Part shown: piece after piece, positions 43,853 to 57,100 of the stretch
Layout: each line of letters starts with the position of its first letter
Numbering within the stretch: the first letter of the stretch is position 1
NCBI GenBank assembly: GCA_964016885.1
Contig: OZ024741.1
Span: 8,680,001-8,744,000, forward strand
DNA from: Eledone cirrhosa
Lineage: Eukaryota
Reading direction: 5' to 3'
Length of the DNA: 64,000 nucleotides
Notes under the pieces: model-generated
What the model was told of the DNA's origin: nothing
Database searches by the model: none
What the model saw: the letters and a program-made list of their open reading frames with translations, nothing else
Position numbers and translations under genes: made by a program

Positions 43853-44238
43853 TAATAAAAGGAATTCAAACTTTGTCTGATTTACTCGTTTTATTTACAA
43901 TCCTTTACAATTTATAATGGTATTAGAATGAAATAGTAGGGTAGAATATTAAATGTTGAGCAAGTACTTTCATGCTTTCGCAATCTTCAGGTTCACATTC
44001 TGTGGTGACAGTCAAGTTTGCAATTTTCAACTGTTGAAAATTGCAAACTTGACTGGCAACACAGAATATGAACCTGAAGATTGTTCAATTAACACTTAAC
44101 ATTTAATATTCTACCATACTATTTCATTCTAATACCATTATAAATTTTTAAGGATTGTAAATAAAACGAGTAAATCAGACAAAGTTGGAATTCCTTTTAT
44201 TACTATAATCTTCTATACACAATCATACACACCCGTGT
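43853..44238. mobile_element. About 350-bp fold-back hairpin element (arms 43853-44031 and 44033-44202) with about 36-nt tail
   Basis: The arms are near-exact reverse complements around a 1-nt loop at 44032. The left arm carries a hammerhead. Confidence 0.88.
43957..43995 (-). ncRNA. Minimal hammerhead motif
   Basis: Minus strand reads TGAAC-CTGAAGA-T-TGC-GAAA-GCA-T-GAAA-GTAC-TT-GCTCA, with palindromic AGTACT stem III. The mirror copy at about 44075 keeps CTGAAGA but has lost the rest. Confidence 0.7.
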
Positions 44239-44242
44239 ATAT

Positions 44243-44292
<50 letters not shown>

Positions 44293-44293
<1 letters not shown>

Positions 44294-47200
44294 GATATCG
44301 ACTAGATTTTCCGACTGCGCCAACCTGGACTTGGGCAAATCGTAGCGGATCATCTAGGTCGTACCTAGATAGGTTCTTAGTTAGAATTAAGGATAAGGAC
44401 TTTTTAAGTTGTCCAAAAATGCGCATGGTTGGCTATTCAGACCACAAATTAGTGACCTGCATGGTCAACCTTGACAGAACTCATAGACAGGGCCCCGGTT
44501 ACTGGAAGCTCAACTTGTCCTTGCCGGCAAGTAGAGCCTACAGGAATCGGATTAGTACGTTAGTTAAGGAACGGTTGACTGGAGCGATCGTCAACAGCAG
44601 GTGGTGGGTATCTCTAAAGAGAGAGATTAGAGTAGTCTCGATAGAATTTAGTAAGGTTCTAGCTGCGGATAGGAATAGGAAGGAAAGGGAGCTAATAGAT
44701 AGAGTAGAAGAGGCAATTAGAAGCGGCGACGTGGCCAGAGTGCTAGCGTCGAGAACGGCTTTGAGCCAGTTTTTCGACGCGAAGCACGAAGGCTGCGTTG
44801 TCCGAAGTAAAATACGTGCTCTAGGGAACGAGGGGACCAAAGCTGTTAGCTGGGCCCGCGTGACAGAGGCCAACAGTGGAACTAAATCCACCATCCGGTC
44901 TTTGCGAGACCTGGATGGACGGGCGATTCTTGAGCCTAAGCAGATGTGTGAGGCCTTTCAAAGGCACTTTGCCCGACTGTTCGGGAGGGGCGGGGAGCCG
45001 GTTGGGAACGTGGACTTCGGTCCATACCTCGACGGCCTGCCGCGCCTCTCGGACAGGGAGGCGAAGTCCTGCGAGGAGCCGAATTCGGCCGCTGAGATAG
45101 AGGACGTGCTGAGCCAATGCGGCAAACGCAAATCCCCGGGTCTCGATGGTCTTCCTTACGAATTATATCTAGCTATGCCGGACTTGTTCCCCGATCTCCT
45201 CGAGGCGGTCTACTGCAACTGGCAACAGAACGGGAGAATTCCCTGTACTGTGACCAAGGGCGTAGTCACGCTAGTGAGGAAGGACGAGAACAAGGGGGAC
45301 GAAATAAGTAACTTCAGGCCCATAACACTGCTAAATACAGAGTTACAGATTTTGGCCAAGGTGCTAGCAAAGAGGTTGGCGCTTGTCGTGGGCAACCTGG
45401 TGGGAGATGCGCAGACATGCGCTATCCCGTCCAGGTCCATCCATGACAACCTCCACCTCATGCGATACATCATAGAGAGGGTTGGGAACGAACCCGGCTT
45501 TGGTGGGGCTCTGATCAACTTGGATCAATCTATAGGGTCGACAGGGTCGACCATGGTTACCTGGATGCGGTGCTAGCGGCGGCAGGCTTCGGACCCGTTT
45601 TCAGGGGCTGGATCACTGCTATGCACAGCAGCCGCATCTGCTCTAGGGTCAAGGTGAACGGCTACCTCTCGGAGCCGTTCAAAATCGCGCGGTCCATCCG
45701 ACAAGGGTGCCCTCTCTCCTCCCTTCTGTATGTATTGACTCTCGAGCCACTACTGCGGAAGTTGGAGTTGTTGCAGGGCATCCCTTTGGAACCGGGATTG
45801 CGGAAAGCGGTGTCGGCCTACGCCGATGACGTGACAGTAATGGTGTCGACGGCCTCCGAAATCGAGGCGGTCGGCACCTTACTAAAGGAGTACGAAAAGT
45901 TCACAGGGGCTAAGCTGAACCGGGACAAGTCGATCGGTTTGCAACTCGGCACGTGGAGGGGCAGACCGATGCCCTCCGATAGCGTCGTCGGACGCTGGAC
46001 GGAGGGCCCGGTGAAGTTGCTCGGGGTCTGGTTCGGACCGGACCTCCAGGTGGAGAAAAACTGGGCGGAGGTTACGAACAGGGTGTTTGCACTGACCCAG
46101 AAGTGGGCCAGTTGCAAACTATCCCTGAAAGGTCGGGCGGAGGTGGCGAACACCTACATAGCGTCCGTCATCTACTACCGCCTGACCGTAGTGCCCTGCC
46201 CAAGGGAAACGCTCACCAAGATGGAGCGCGCGCTCTTCCAATTCCTTTGGAAGAGGCGGGCTCCTATGGTGAGGAGATCCATCTGCTGTCAACACCCTTC
46301 GAAAGGAGGGCTGGGGATGCCGTGGCTAATGATGCGTAAACACGCATTAAGGCTACGGCACCTCTACGTATTCCTCACCGGACAACCGGTGTGGGCCTCG
46401 TTTGTGAGACGAACCTTTCCCAGACTCGTCTCACTCACCGAGCTGCAGTCCTGGGTCAAGCAAAGACCGAGAAAACTGGGCGCCTGGCACACTGAGTGTG
46501 CCCAGGCGCTCACCGCCCTCTGGCAGGCGGATCCGGTTATCAGTGGAGACTCCACCGCAACATTCTATAGAGGGCTGGTACGCATCAGGTGCGACGACGC
46601 CCTCGGAGAAGCCCTAGACATGGAGGAGGACGAACTGGCCAGCCTGTTCGGTAGGACGTTCAGCCCGGGACCTATGGACAACTTCCAGAAGTCCCTGGCC
46701 TGGCAGTGCTACCGAGGGGCTTTACCCGTTCGAGAAAGGCTCTACAGACACGGGCGCCCGGGTAGGGACCCCGCCAAAAAGATCTGTCCCAGATGCGTGT
46801 GCGACGAGGAAACCGTTGCACACGCATTAGTACACTGCTCGGGCGTAGCCGATCTGTGGGGCTATGTCGAACAACTGCTGTCAAGGGTGGGACCGATCCG
46901 GTTGACCACTGAGTCTATTGTAATGATCAAGCCGCCTCCCCCCTTCAAAGATGAAGCAGAGGCGGTGTTTCTGTGCGTAATAGCCATGGCGAAAGAGGTT
47001 GTATGGTGGACGCGTCTGAAAGGACTGAGGTCGGGCACCTTTCTCTCTGGCCAACAACTGGTCCGTTTCTTCCGATATCATTTCGGAAGAAGGATCAGGA
47101 TGGAGAGAGAGGTGCTGCACCCCAGCCGTTTCTATGAAAGATGGGTGAAAGTGGCGAGAATGGCCTGTGTGAATGGGCCTTCACTCTACATCAGACTATA

Positions 47201-47461
47201 GGTGAGGAAGATGAAAGACCAAGGGAGCACCCCTTCTCTGTGCTCCTGAGGAGAAGGGTTGCACACTTTTTTCGGGGGTGTGTGCGACCCCCAAGGCGCC
47301 TCCTCTCTATTGAGGATTTTGTTAAAAATTTTATTTTTTGTTATATCTTATTTTATTTTTATATTTTGTTATTGCCTCCTCCTTATTGAGGACGCCTTTT
47401 TGTGTAAACTCCCCCCTTTGTACTTGTCCCACTTTTGATGCCCTAGTGGCAAATAAAAGAA

Positions 47462-47462
<1 letters not shown>
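44293..47462 (+). mobile_element. 5'-truncated Tx1/L1-type LINE inserted in (TATC)n
   Basis: Starts inside the APE domain (YLDR, SDH motifs), carries RT and a C-terminal Cys/His motif, has 3' AATAAA, and has (TATC)n on both sides (44243-44292, 47462-47540). Confidence 0.93.
44419..47201 (+). pseudogene. LINE ORF2 (APE C-terminus, reverse transcriptase, Cys/His domain), frameshifted near 45530
   Basis: SDH, YWKLN, KSPGLDG, NFRPITLLN, IRQGCPLS, YADD, KGGLG, CPRC...ETVAH...HC. A small duplication replaces KAFDRV. Confidence 0.92.
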
Positions 47463-47542
<80 letters not shown>

Positions 47543-47734
47543 GATAGAGTGAGACACGCTTCACATCGGCTCTGCTATTCTATCGGAATTTACCCTTACG
47601 TACCAGTGAATTTTTTCAGTGCAACACATTTGGAACACTTACCCCTGTTATTTAGGGAAACATTTTTACATTTACCCCCTTTTTAGGGGGTAAAATAAAT
47701 AACTATTTTTCTGTAAAACTTCTTTCTTGGACGC

Positions 47735-49862
47735 ATGGCGGGAAAGATGGCAGACATGTCTGCCATTAGCTCTGCCACACACCCCAAGTCTGAAGAACAA
47801 AAAATGGATACAACAAAACTAGACAACGAAACAAACAAGGAAAATGAAAAAACAAATGTTACGGAAAATGAGCAAACGGAAAACAAACAAACAGAAAATA
47901 AGAATACAAAAAACAACAAGGCAACTTTCGCCCAGACAACAAAAAAATCTATAATATATACACCTATTGACTTAACTGCCGCCAGAGAGAAACTGGCAGA
48001 AGCAAAAAAGCACATAGTCTTGGGGGAGAACGGAATGTTTTCCATTAACCCCCCCCCCCCCCAGAATTCAAGAAAACGAGACTAGAAAACACTGTTCTGT
48101 TTAGAACAATTCTAAACCACACGAGATAGCCAGCACAGCCCAGCCAAATGGAGATAGAGTTGGTCCTAAAAGACTATATGAAGAATATTCTCTTCATACG
48201 AAAGGACCGACTCTATGGCAGCATTTCTGTTTTAACAAAAGACAAGGAAACAGCACAGAGGCTTTCCCTAAGCCCACTCTCATCAACAGCACACAGTTTC
48301 TATCCCTCCTACATGAGTAGAAGAACTCAGAGAGTCAAAATACAGACAATGCTGCCCACAATGGACTTCTGGTGGGCTATTGCTGGCTTCATAGACATGG
48401 GCGAGGACACAGTGCTGTCAATGGGGAAGGCATCTGGAGATGAGTTCCTGGGAATGGGCCTCGACCTACTAGTCCAAATGAGGCCCGAAAGAATAGCGCA
48501 AATCCCGGATCGCATCTGGCTGGATGACCTCACCCCAATATATATAATTGTAGAGGGGAGAAGACCAGCATGCTATTCATGCACGGAAAGGGAACACGTT
48601 AAGGCTAACTGCCCGAATCGTATCCCCCCAAAAAGGACTATTGCCCACACCCACCACAAACAGTACACCAACACCACCCACCTCCAAAAATACACTAATA
48701 CCACACACAGCAAACAAAATACAGACACCACCAACCACAAGCACAACACAAACATCACCACCACCAGCACCAAACACAAGCACGACACAAAAATCACCAC
48801 CACCATCACCAACCACAAGCACAACACAAACATCACCATCACCATCACCAACCACAAGCACAACACAAACATCACCACCACCATCACCAACCACAAGCAC
48901 GACACAAACATCACCACCACCAGCACCAACCACAAGCACGACACAAACATCACCATCACCATCACCAACCACAAGCACGACACAAACATCACCACCACCA
49001 GCACCAACCACAACACAAACATCACCATCACCATCACCAACCACAAGCACGACACAAACATCACCACCACCATCACCAATCACAAGCACGACACAAACAT
49101 CACCACCACCATCACCAACCACAAGCACGACACAAACATCACCACCACCACCACAAAACCCATTCCAAACTAATAATAAAAAAAACAGCAACAAATCTAC
49201 CCCTCCCGCAAAAAATAACAACCAGACACCACGTCCCTCCCACCTAGCGCTGAAGAGTTTCCCCCAACTTCTGAGGAAGAAGGAGGAGAAGCCTACAGAC
49301 AAGTTAAAAGAAAAAAACGAAAGCACACACCCAGCACACCACAACAACAAATAACCCACACACAAACACCAACTCCAATCAAAAACACCCCACCCTCGAC
49401 AAACAAAAATAAATCTGCGCCTCCCCCCTTCGAAACATTGACAGCATCACAAAAAAAGACTTTGCAATACACATATATAAATAAAGAAAACAAAAAACTG
49501 TTTAAATTAATAAACAATAGCCCTTGGTGCAGACCGAAGGGCCAAACTTTATCTCAACAGAGAACTTCACCCATTTAAAAATGATAAAGGTCCCTCTGGA
49601 CCTTTATCGTTCCTTAAAAGAACAATTTAAACAGGACTTGAGCCCCCCCCCCTGTTTAAAACCGTTAAATCGCGTCCTCTTGAAAGATTTCCCCATAACC
49701 TCCCCTCTCCCTGACACAACTCCAAATACCCCAACCCCACCACACTCGGATACCTCCACACCACCACAAAACATCCCTCCACCCAACACACCCGACCCCA
49801 TGGAAATTACACAATCCGGAGAGGTAGGTGATTTTCTTTCTTCCCTTTCAACACCAAAATAG
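47735..49862 (+). pseudogene. LINE ORF1 (gag-like, CX2CX4HX4C knuckle), frameshifted
   Basis: EGRRPACYSCTEREHVKANCP. Breaks occur at the C-run near 48055, at about 49175 and at about 49520. Confidence 0.8.
48725..49155. repeat. 39-bp minisatellite inside ORF1 (ACCAACCACAAGCACGACACAAACATCACCACCACCATC)
   Basis: About 11 copies with 13-aa periodicity. Confidence 0.9.
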
Positions 49863-49867
49863 ATCAA

Positions 49868-52800
49868 TTGAGAGTTGGTTGTTTGAATGCGCGTGGCCTG
49901 GGCTCAGCTTGGAAGCAAGCAAAGCTTCTAAGTGACCTCAGGTCACGAAGTATAGATGTGATGGTTGTTTGCAAGAGTCGGATCAGCAGCGTGCGACAGC
50001 TGGCGCCCGCCTTCGATGACTTTGAGATGCACGCATCTCTCTGTCAACCCGGAGGCGGGGGTGGGGTTGCCGTACTGCTGGATAAACGTCTGGCTCTCGA
50101 CGTACAGATTGTTCACTCGGACCCGGGGGTCGATTACTGGTGCTGGACGTCGGAGGCGGTGAAGGCGGGGCTTTCAGACTGGTCGGTCTTTATGCCCCCT
50201 TCGGGGCTGAAAGAGCCGACTTCTTCCAGCGTCTGGAGACTTTTCTAGGAACGTCGCGTTCCCTACTTTTAGTGGGGGACTGGAATGGAATCCTAGATGC
50301 GCGTTGGGACTATGCAGGGGCATGTCCCGATAGAGGGGGGTGTAGCAGCCTCAAGGGGTTACTCCGTCGATTCGACCTGGTCGATAGATTTCGACTAGAT
50401 TTTCCAACTGTGCCAACCTGGACCTGGGCAAACCGCAGTGGTCAATCTAGATCGTACCTAGATAGGTTTTTGGTTAGGAGTAAGGATAGGGACGTATTTA
50501 GTTGTCCATAATTGCTCATGGTTGGCTATTCAGATCACAAATTAGTGACCTGCGTGGTCAACCTTGATAGAACGCATAGACAGGGTCCCGGTTACTGGAA
50601 GATGAACTTGTCCTTGCCGGCAAAGGAAGCTTACAGGAACCGGATTAGTAGCTTAGTTAAGATGCGGTTGACGGGAGCGATCGTCAATAGCAGGTGGTGA
50701 GTATCTCTAAAGAGAGAGATTAAAGTAAGTTCGATAGGTTACAGTAAGGAACTAGCGGCGAATAGAAATAGGAGGGAAAGGGAGTTAACAGATAAACTAG
50801 AAGAGGCAATTAGGAGCGGAGACGTGGCCAGAGTGTTAGCGTCGAGAACGGCGTTGAGCCAGTTCTTTGACACGAAGGCTGCGTTGTCCGAAGTAAAATA
50901 CGTGCTTTAGGAAACGAGGGGACCAAAGCTGTTAGCTGGGCCCGCGTGACAGAAGCCAAGAGTGGGGATTAAATCCACCATTTGGTCTCTGCGAGACCAG
51001 GATGGACGGGTGATCCTTGAACCTGAGCGGATGTGCGAGGCCTTTCAAAGGCACTTTGCTCGACTGTTCGGAGGGGGCGGGGGCCCGGACGGGGATGTGG
51101 ACTTCGGTCCATACCTCGACGGTCTACCGCGTCTTTCGAGCGGCGAAGCGGAGTGCTGCGAAAGGCCAATCACAGCCACTGAAATCGGTGAAGCGCTCAG
51201 CCAATGCAGCAGACGCAAATCTCCGGGTCTCGATGGTCTACCATACGAACTTTATTTAGCTATGCCGGTCTTGTTCTCCGAACTCCTCGAGGCTGTCTAT
51301 TGCAACTGGCAACAGAACGGGAGAATTCCCTGTTCTGTGACCAAGGGCGTAGTCACGCTAGTGAGGAAGGACGAGAGCAAGGGGGACGACTTAAGTAACT
51401 TTAGGCCCATAACTCTGCTGAATGCAGAGTTACAGATTTTGGCCAAGGTGTTGGCGAAGAGGTTGGCGCTTGTGGTGGGTGGTTTGGTGGGAGACGCGCA
51501 GAAATGCGCTATCCCGTCCAGATCCATTCACGACAACCTCCACCTCATGCGATACATCGTAGAGAGGGTTGGGAACGAACCCGGCTTTGGTGGGGCCCTG
51601 ATCAACTTGGATCAATCTAAGGCGTTCGATAGGGTCGACCATGGTTACCTGGATGCGGTGCTAGCGGCGGCGGGCTTCGGACCCGTTTTCAGGGGCTGGA
51701 TTTCTGCCATGCACAGTGGCAACGTCTGCTCTAGGGTTAAAGTAAACGGCTACCTCTCGGAGCCGTTTAAAATCACCCAGTCCATCAGGCAGGGGTTCCC
51801 CCTCTCCTCCCTTCTGTACGTATTGGCTCTCGAGCCACTGCTGCGGAAGTTGGAGTTGCTGCGGGGCATACCCCTGGAACCGGGATTGCACAAAGCGGTC
51901 TCGGCCTATGCCGACGACGTAACAGTAATGGTAGCGGACGCCTCGGAAATCGGGGCGATCGCCACCCTACTGGAGGAATACGAAAGGCTGACGGGTGTTA
52001 GGCTGAACCGGGACAAGTCAGTCGGTTTGCAACTCGGAACGTGGAGGGGCAAACCGATGCCGTCAGACGGTGTCGTCGGGCGGTGGACGGAGGGCCCGGT
52101 GAAGCTGCTCGGGGTCTGGTTCGGACCGGACCTCCAGGTGGAGAAGAATTGGGGCGAGGTGACGAGCAGGGTGTTTGCGCTGACCCAGAAGTGGGCCAAG
52201 TGCAAACTATCACTGAAAGGTCGGGCGGAGGTGACGAACGCTTACATAGCGTCCGTCATCTACAACCGCCTGACCGTCGTGCCTTGCCCCAAGGAAAAGA
52301 TCACCATCATGGAGCGCATGCTCTTCCAGTTCCTCTGGAAGAAGTGGCCTCCCATGGTGAGGAGATCCATCTGCTGCCAGCACCCTTCGAAAGGAGGGCT
52401 GGGTATGCCGTGGCAGTTGATGCGTAGGGACGCATTGAGGCTACGGCATCTACAGGTATTCCTCACCGGTCAGCCGGTGTGGGCCCCGTTTGTGAGGCGA
52501 GCCTTCCCACAGTTCGTCTCGCTCACCGAACTGCAATCTAGGGTGAAGCAAAGACCGAGAAAACTGGGCAACTGGCACACCGAGTGTGCCCAGGCGCTCA
52601 CGGCTCTCTGGCAAGCGGACCCGACTATCAGTGGAGAATCCACCTCGACATTCCATAGAGGGCTGGTGGCTAGCAGGGGCGACGACACCCTTGGAGAGTC
52701 GCTAGGCATGGAGGAGGACGAACTGGCCAGCCTGTCCGGTAGAACTTTCGGCCCGGGACCCATGGACAACTTCCAGAGATCCCTAGCCTGGCAGTGCTAC

Positions 52801-53289
52801 CGGGGGGCTCTGTCCGTTCGAGAAAAGCTCTACAGACACGGGCGCCCGGGCAGGGATCCCGCGAAAAAGATCTGTCCCAGATGCGTGCGCGACGAGGAAA
52901 CCGTTGCGCACGCACTAGTACACTGCCCGGGCGTTGCCGATCTGTGGGGCTACGTCGAACGACTGCTGTCGCGTGTGGCGCCGATTCGATTGGCCGCCGA
53001 GTCTGTGGTGAACATCAAGCCGCCTCCTTCCTTCAGAAATGAAGCAGAGGCGGTCTATCTGTGCGTAATAGCCATGATGAAAGAGGTTGTGTGGTGGACG
53101 CGCCTGAAAGGTCTGAGGTCGGGTGACTTTCTCTCCGGCCAACACCTGGTTTACTTCTTCCGATACCACTTCGGAAGAAGGATCAGGATGGAGAGAGAAG
53201 TGCTTGGCCCCAGACAGTTTTATGAAAGGTGGGTGAAAGAAGCGAGAATGGCTCGGGTAAATGGGCCTTCTCTCTACATTGTTCTGTAG
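49868..53289 (+). pseudogene. LINE ORF2 (APE endonuclease, RT, Cys/His domain) with stops and frameshifts in the N-terminal third
   Basis: LNARGL, GGVAVL, LYAP, GDWN, YLDR, SDH (APE); KAFDRV, RQG.PLS, YADD (RT). Frameshift near 50130, TAA at 50509, TGA at 50698, small deletion near 50870. Confidence 0.92.
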
Positions 53290-53579
53290 GTGAAGAAGTG
53301 AAGAGGAAAGGGGGAGCACCTCCTCTCTGGGCTTCCCCCGCGAAAAGGGTTGCACACTTTTCGGGGGTATGTGCAATCCCCAACACGCCCCCTCCCTTTT
53401 GAGGACTTTTTATTATTATATTATTCTTATTGTTATGCCTTTTTCTTTACTCGCATTTACGTAAACTCCCCCCTGTGTATTTGTCCCTTTCTCTTGTGCC
53501 TTAGTGGCAAATAAAGAAATATATATATATATATATATGGATCGACTTTTGTCAAATCGGATCGAGGAAACAATGTTTC

Positions 53580-53751
53580 CGTTGGTCTTTCCAGTCGCCA
53601 ATACTATCTATCCGTTGCAACTTCGGGTAGAAGGAGCAACGTGAAATAAAGTGTCTTGCTCAAGGACATAACACATCACCCAGTCGTGGAATCGAACTCA
53701 CAACCTCACGATTGTGAATCCAATTCTCTAACCACTCCAGCCACGTGCCTT

Positions 53752-53752
<1 letters not shown>
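53580..53752 (-). mobile_element. tRNA-derived SINE (second family)
   Basis: Minus strand reads GTGGCTGGAGTGG (box A-like), GAGTTCGATTCC (box B-like), then TGTCCTTGAGCAAGACACTT core. Confidence 0.8.
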
Positions 53753-53802
<50 letters not shown>

Positions 53803-54199
53803 GCACATATATTAATGTACATACACATACACACACACATATACACGTATATATAGATATATACATTTATATATATATATATATACTGTTTGTTTATATA
53901 CATTTATATATATATATATATACTGTTTGTTTATATACACACACATGTTTATACATATGTGTTTATATACACACACATGTATATACTAAAACATACACAT
54001 CCCGTCTAACCCATGCTAGCGCGGAAGAACGGACGTAAAACGGCGATGATGATGATATACACAGATTCCTAAAGTTCTAGAAATGTCTCTTTTTATCATC
54101 ATCATCATCCTAATATCGTTTCACTGCTTCTGTCATCTCTTTCATATTCTCTCACTATCTCCTCCTCTCTCTGGCAGTCCCACACTCTGCCTACCTCTC

Positions 54200-57100
54200 T
54201 TATGTCTCTCTATCTGTATATCAGTCTGTCTTCCAGCCTCTCTGTCTTCCAGCCTCTCACTCTTCCAGCCACTCTGCCAGTATATCTGTCTGTCTTCCAG
54301 CCTCTCTGTCTTCCAGCCACTCTGTCTGTATATGTCTGTCTTCCAGCCTCTCTGTCTTCCAGCCACTCTGTCTGTATATCAGTCTGTCTTCCAGCCACTC
54401 TGTCTGTATATCAGTCTGTCTTCCAGCCTCTCTGTCTTCCAGCCACTATCTCTTCCAGCCTCTCTGTCTGTATATCAGTCTATCTTCCAGCTACTCTGAT
54501 TGTATATCAATCTGTCTTCCAGCCTCTCTGTCTTCCAGCCACTCTGTCTGTATATCAGTCTGTCTTCCAGCCTCTCTGTCTTCCAGCCTCTCTGTCTTCC
54601 AGCCAATCTATCTGAAAATCAGTCTGTCTTCCAGCCTCTCTGTCTTCCAGCCAATCTATCTGAAAATCAGTCTGTCTTCCAGCCTCTCTGTCTTCCAGCC
54701 ACTCTGTCTGTATATCAGTCTGTCTTCCACCCTCTCTGTCTTCCAGCATCTCTGTCTGCATATCAGTATATCTTCCAGCCTCTCTGTCTACCAGCCTCTC
54801 TGTCTTCCAGCCACTCTGTCTTCCAGCCACTCTGTTTTCCAGCCACTCTGTCTTCCAGCCTCTCTGTCTTCCAGCCACTCTGTCTGTATATCAGTCTGTC
54901 TTCCAGCCTCTCTGTCTTCTAGCCACTCTGTCTTCCAGTCTCTCTGTCTGTATATCAGTCTGTCTTCCAGCCTCTCTGTCTTCCAGCCACTCTGTCTTCC
55001 AGCCAATCTGTCTGTATATCAGTCTCTCTTCCAGCCTCTCTGTTTTCCAGGCCCTCTGTCTGTATATCAGTCTGTCTTCCAGCCACTCTGTCTGTATATC
55101 AGTCTGTCTTCCAGCCTCTCTGTCTTCCAGCCACTCTGTCTTTCAGCCACTCTGTCTGTATATCAGTATGTCTTCCACCCACTCTGTCTTCCAGCCACTC
55201 TGTCTGTATATCAGTCTGTCTTCCAGCCTCTCTGTCTTCCAGCTACTCTGTCTTCCAGCCAGTCTGTCTTCCAGCCAGTCTGTCTTCCAGCCACTCTGTC
55301 TTCCAGCCTCTCTGTCTTCCAGGTACTCTGTCTTCTAGCCTCTCTGTCTTCAAGCCTCTCTGTCTTCCAGCCACTCTGTCTGTACATCAGTCTGTCTTCC
55401 AGCCACTCTGTCTGTATGTCAGTCTGTGTTCCCGCCTCTCTGTCTGTATATCAGTGTGTCTTCCAGCCTCTCTGTCTTCCTGCCTCTCTGTCTTCCAGCC
55501 ACTCTGTCTTCCAACCTCTCTGTCTTCCAGTCACTCTGTCTTCCAGCCTGTCTGTCTTCCAGCCTCTCTGTCTTCCAGCCACTCTGTCTGTACATCAGTG
55601 TTTCTTCCAGCCAGTCTGTCTGTATATCAGTCTGTGTTCTAGCCTCTCTGTCTGTATATCACTCTGTCTTCCAGCCTCTCTGTCTTCCAGCCACTCTGCC
55701 TTCCAGCACGCTGTCTTCCAGCTTCTCTGTCTTCCAGCCACTCTGTCTTCCAGCCTCTCTGTCTGTATATCAATCTGTCTTCCAGCCTCTCTGTCTTCCA
55801 GCCACTCTGTCCCTATATCAGTCTGAATTCCAGACTCTCTGACTTCCAGCCTCTCTGTCTTCAAGCCTATCTGTCTTCAAGCCACTCTGTCTGTAAAAAC
55901 AGTCTGTCTTCCAGCCTCTCTGTCTTCCAGCCATTCTGTCTGTATATCAGTCTGTCTTCCAGCCTCTCTGTCTTCCAGCCACTCTGTCTGTATATGTCTG
56001 TCTTCCAGCTACTCTGTCTTCCAGCCACTCTGTCTGTATATCAGTCTGTCTTCCAGCCAATCTCTCTGTAAATCAGTCTGTCTTCCAGCCTCTCTGTCTT
56101 CCAGCCAATCTGTCTGTATATCAGTGTCTTCCAGCCACTCTGTCTTCCAGCCACTCTGTCTTCCAGCCTCTCCGTCTTCCAGCCTCTCTGTCTTCCAGAA
56201 AATCTGTCTGTATATCAGTCTGTCTTCCAGCCACTCTGTCTTCCAGCCACTCTGTCTTCCAGCCTCTCTGTCTTCCAGCCACTCTCTCTTCCAGGCTCTC
56301 TGTCTTCCAGCCACTCTGTCTGTATATCAGTCTGTCTTCCAGCCACTGTCATCCAGCCTCTCTATCTTCCAGCCTCTCTGTCTTCCAGTCTCTCTGTCTG
56401 TATATCAGTCAATCTTCCAGCCTCTCTGTCTGTATATGAGTCTGTCTTCCAGCCTCTCTGTCTTCCAGCCACTCTGTCTTCCAGCCACTCTGTCTTCCAG
56501 CCTCTCTGTCTTCCAGCCACTCTGTATGTATATCAGTCTGTCTTCCAGCCTCTCACTCTTCCAGCCACTCTGTATGTATATTAGTCTGTCTTCCAGCCAC
56601 TCTGTCTTCCAGCCGCTCTGTTTTCCAGCCTATCTGTCTTCCAGCCACTCTTTCTTCCTGCCACTCTCTCTTCCAGCCTCTCTGTCTTCCAGCCACTCTG
56701 TCTGTATATCAGTCTGTCTTCCAGCCTCTCTGTCTTCTAGCCACTCTGTCTTCCAGTCTCTCTGTCTGTATATCAGTCTGTCTTCCAGCCTCTCTGTCTT
56801 CCAGCCACTCTGTCTTCCAGCCAATCTGTCTGTATATCAGTCTGTCTTCCAGCCTCTCTGTTTTCCAGCCCCTCTGTCTGTATATCAGTCTGTCTTCCAG
56901 GCACTCTGTCTGTATATCAGTCTGTCTTCCAGTCTCTCTGTCTTCCAGCCACTCTGTCTTTCAGCCACTCTGTCTGTATATCAGTATGTCTTCCACCCAC
57001 TCTGTCTTCCAGCCACTCTGTCTGTATATCAGTCTGTCTTCCAGCCAGTCTGTCTTCCAGCCACTCTGTCTTCCAGCCTCTCTGTCTTCGAGGCACTCTG

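Larger units (their letters stand above)
47541..53519 (+). mobile_element. Near full-length Tx1/L1-type LINE (ORF1 plus ORF2), disrupted
   Basis: 5' UTR, ORF1 with zinc knuckle, ORF2 with APE-RT, and 3' AATAAA running into (TA)n. Clearly related to the upstream copy. Confidence 0.93.

Noticed and set aside
44070-44105. Hammerhead on the plus strand (CTGAAGA near 44074)
   Set aside because: No downstream GAAA or stem III; it is a degraded mirror of the 43957 motif.
44538-53386. Antisense and alternative-frame ORFs over the LINEs
   Set aside because: Shadow ORFs of GC-rich ORF2 with no recognisable motifs.
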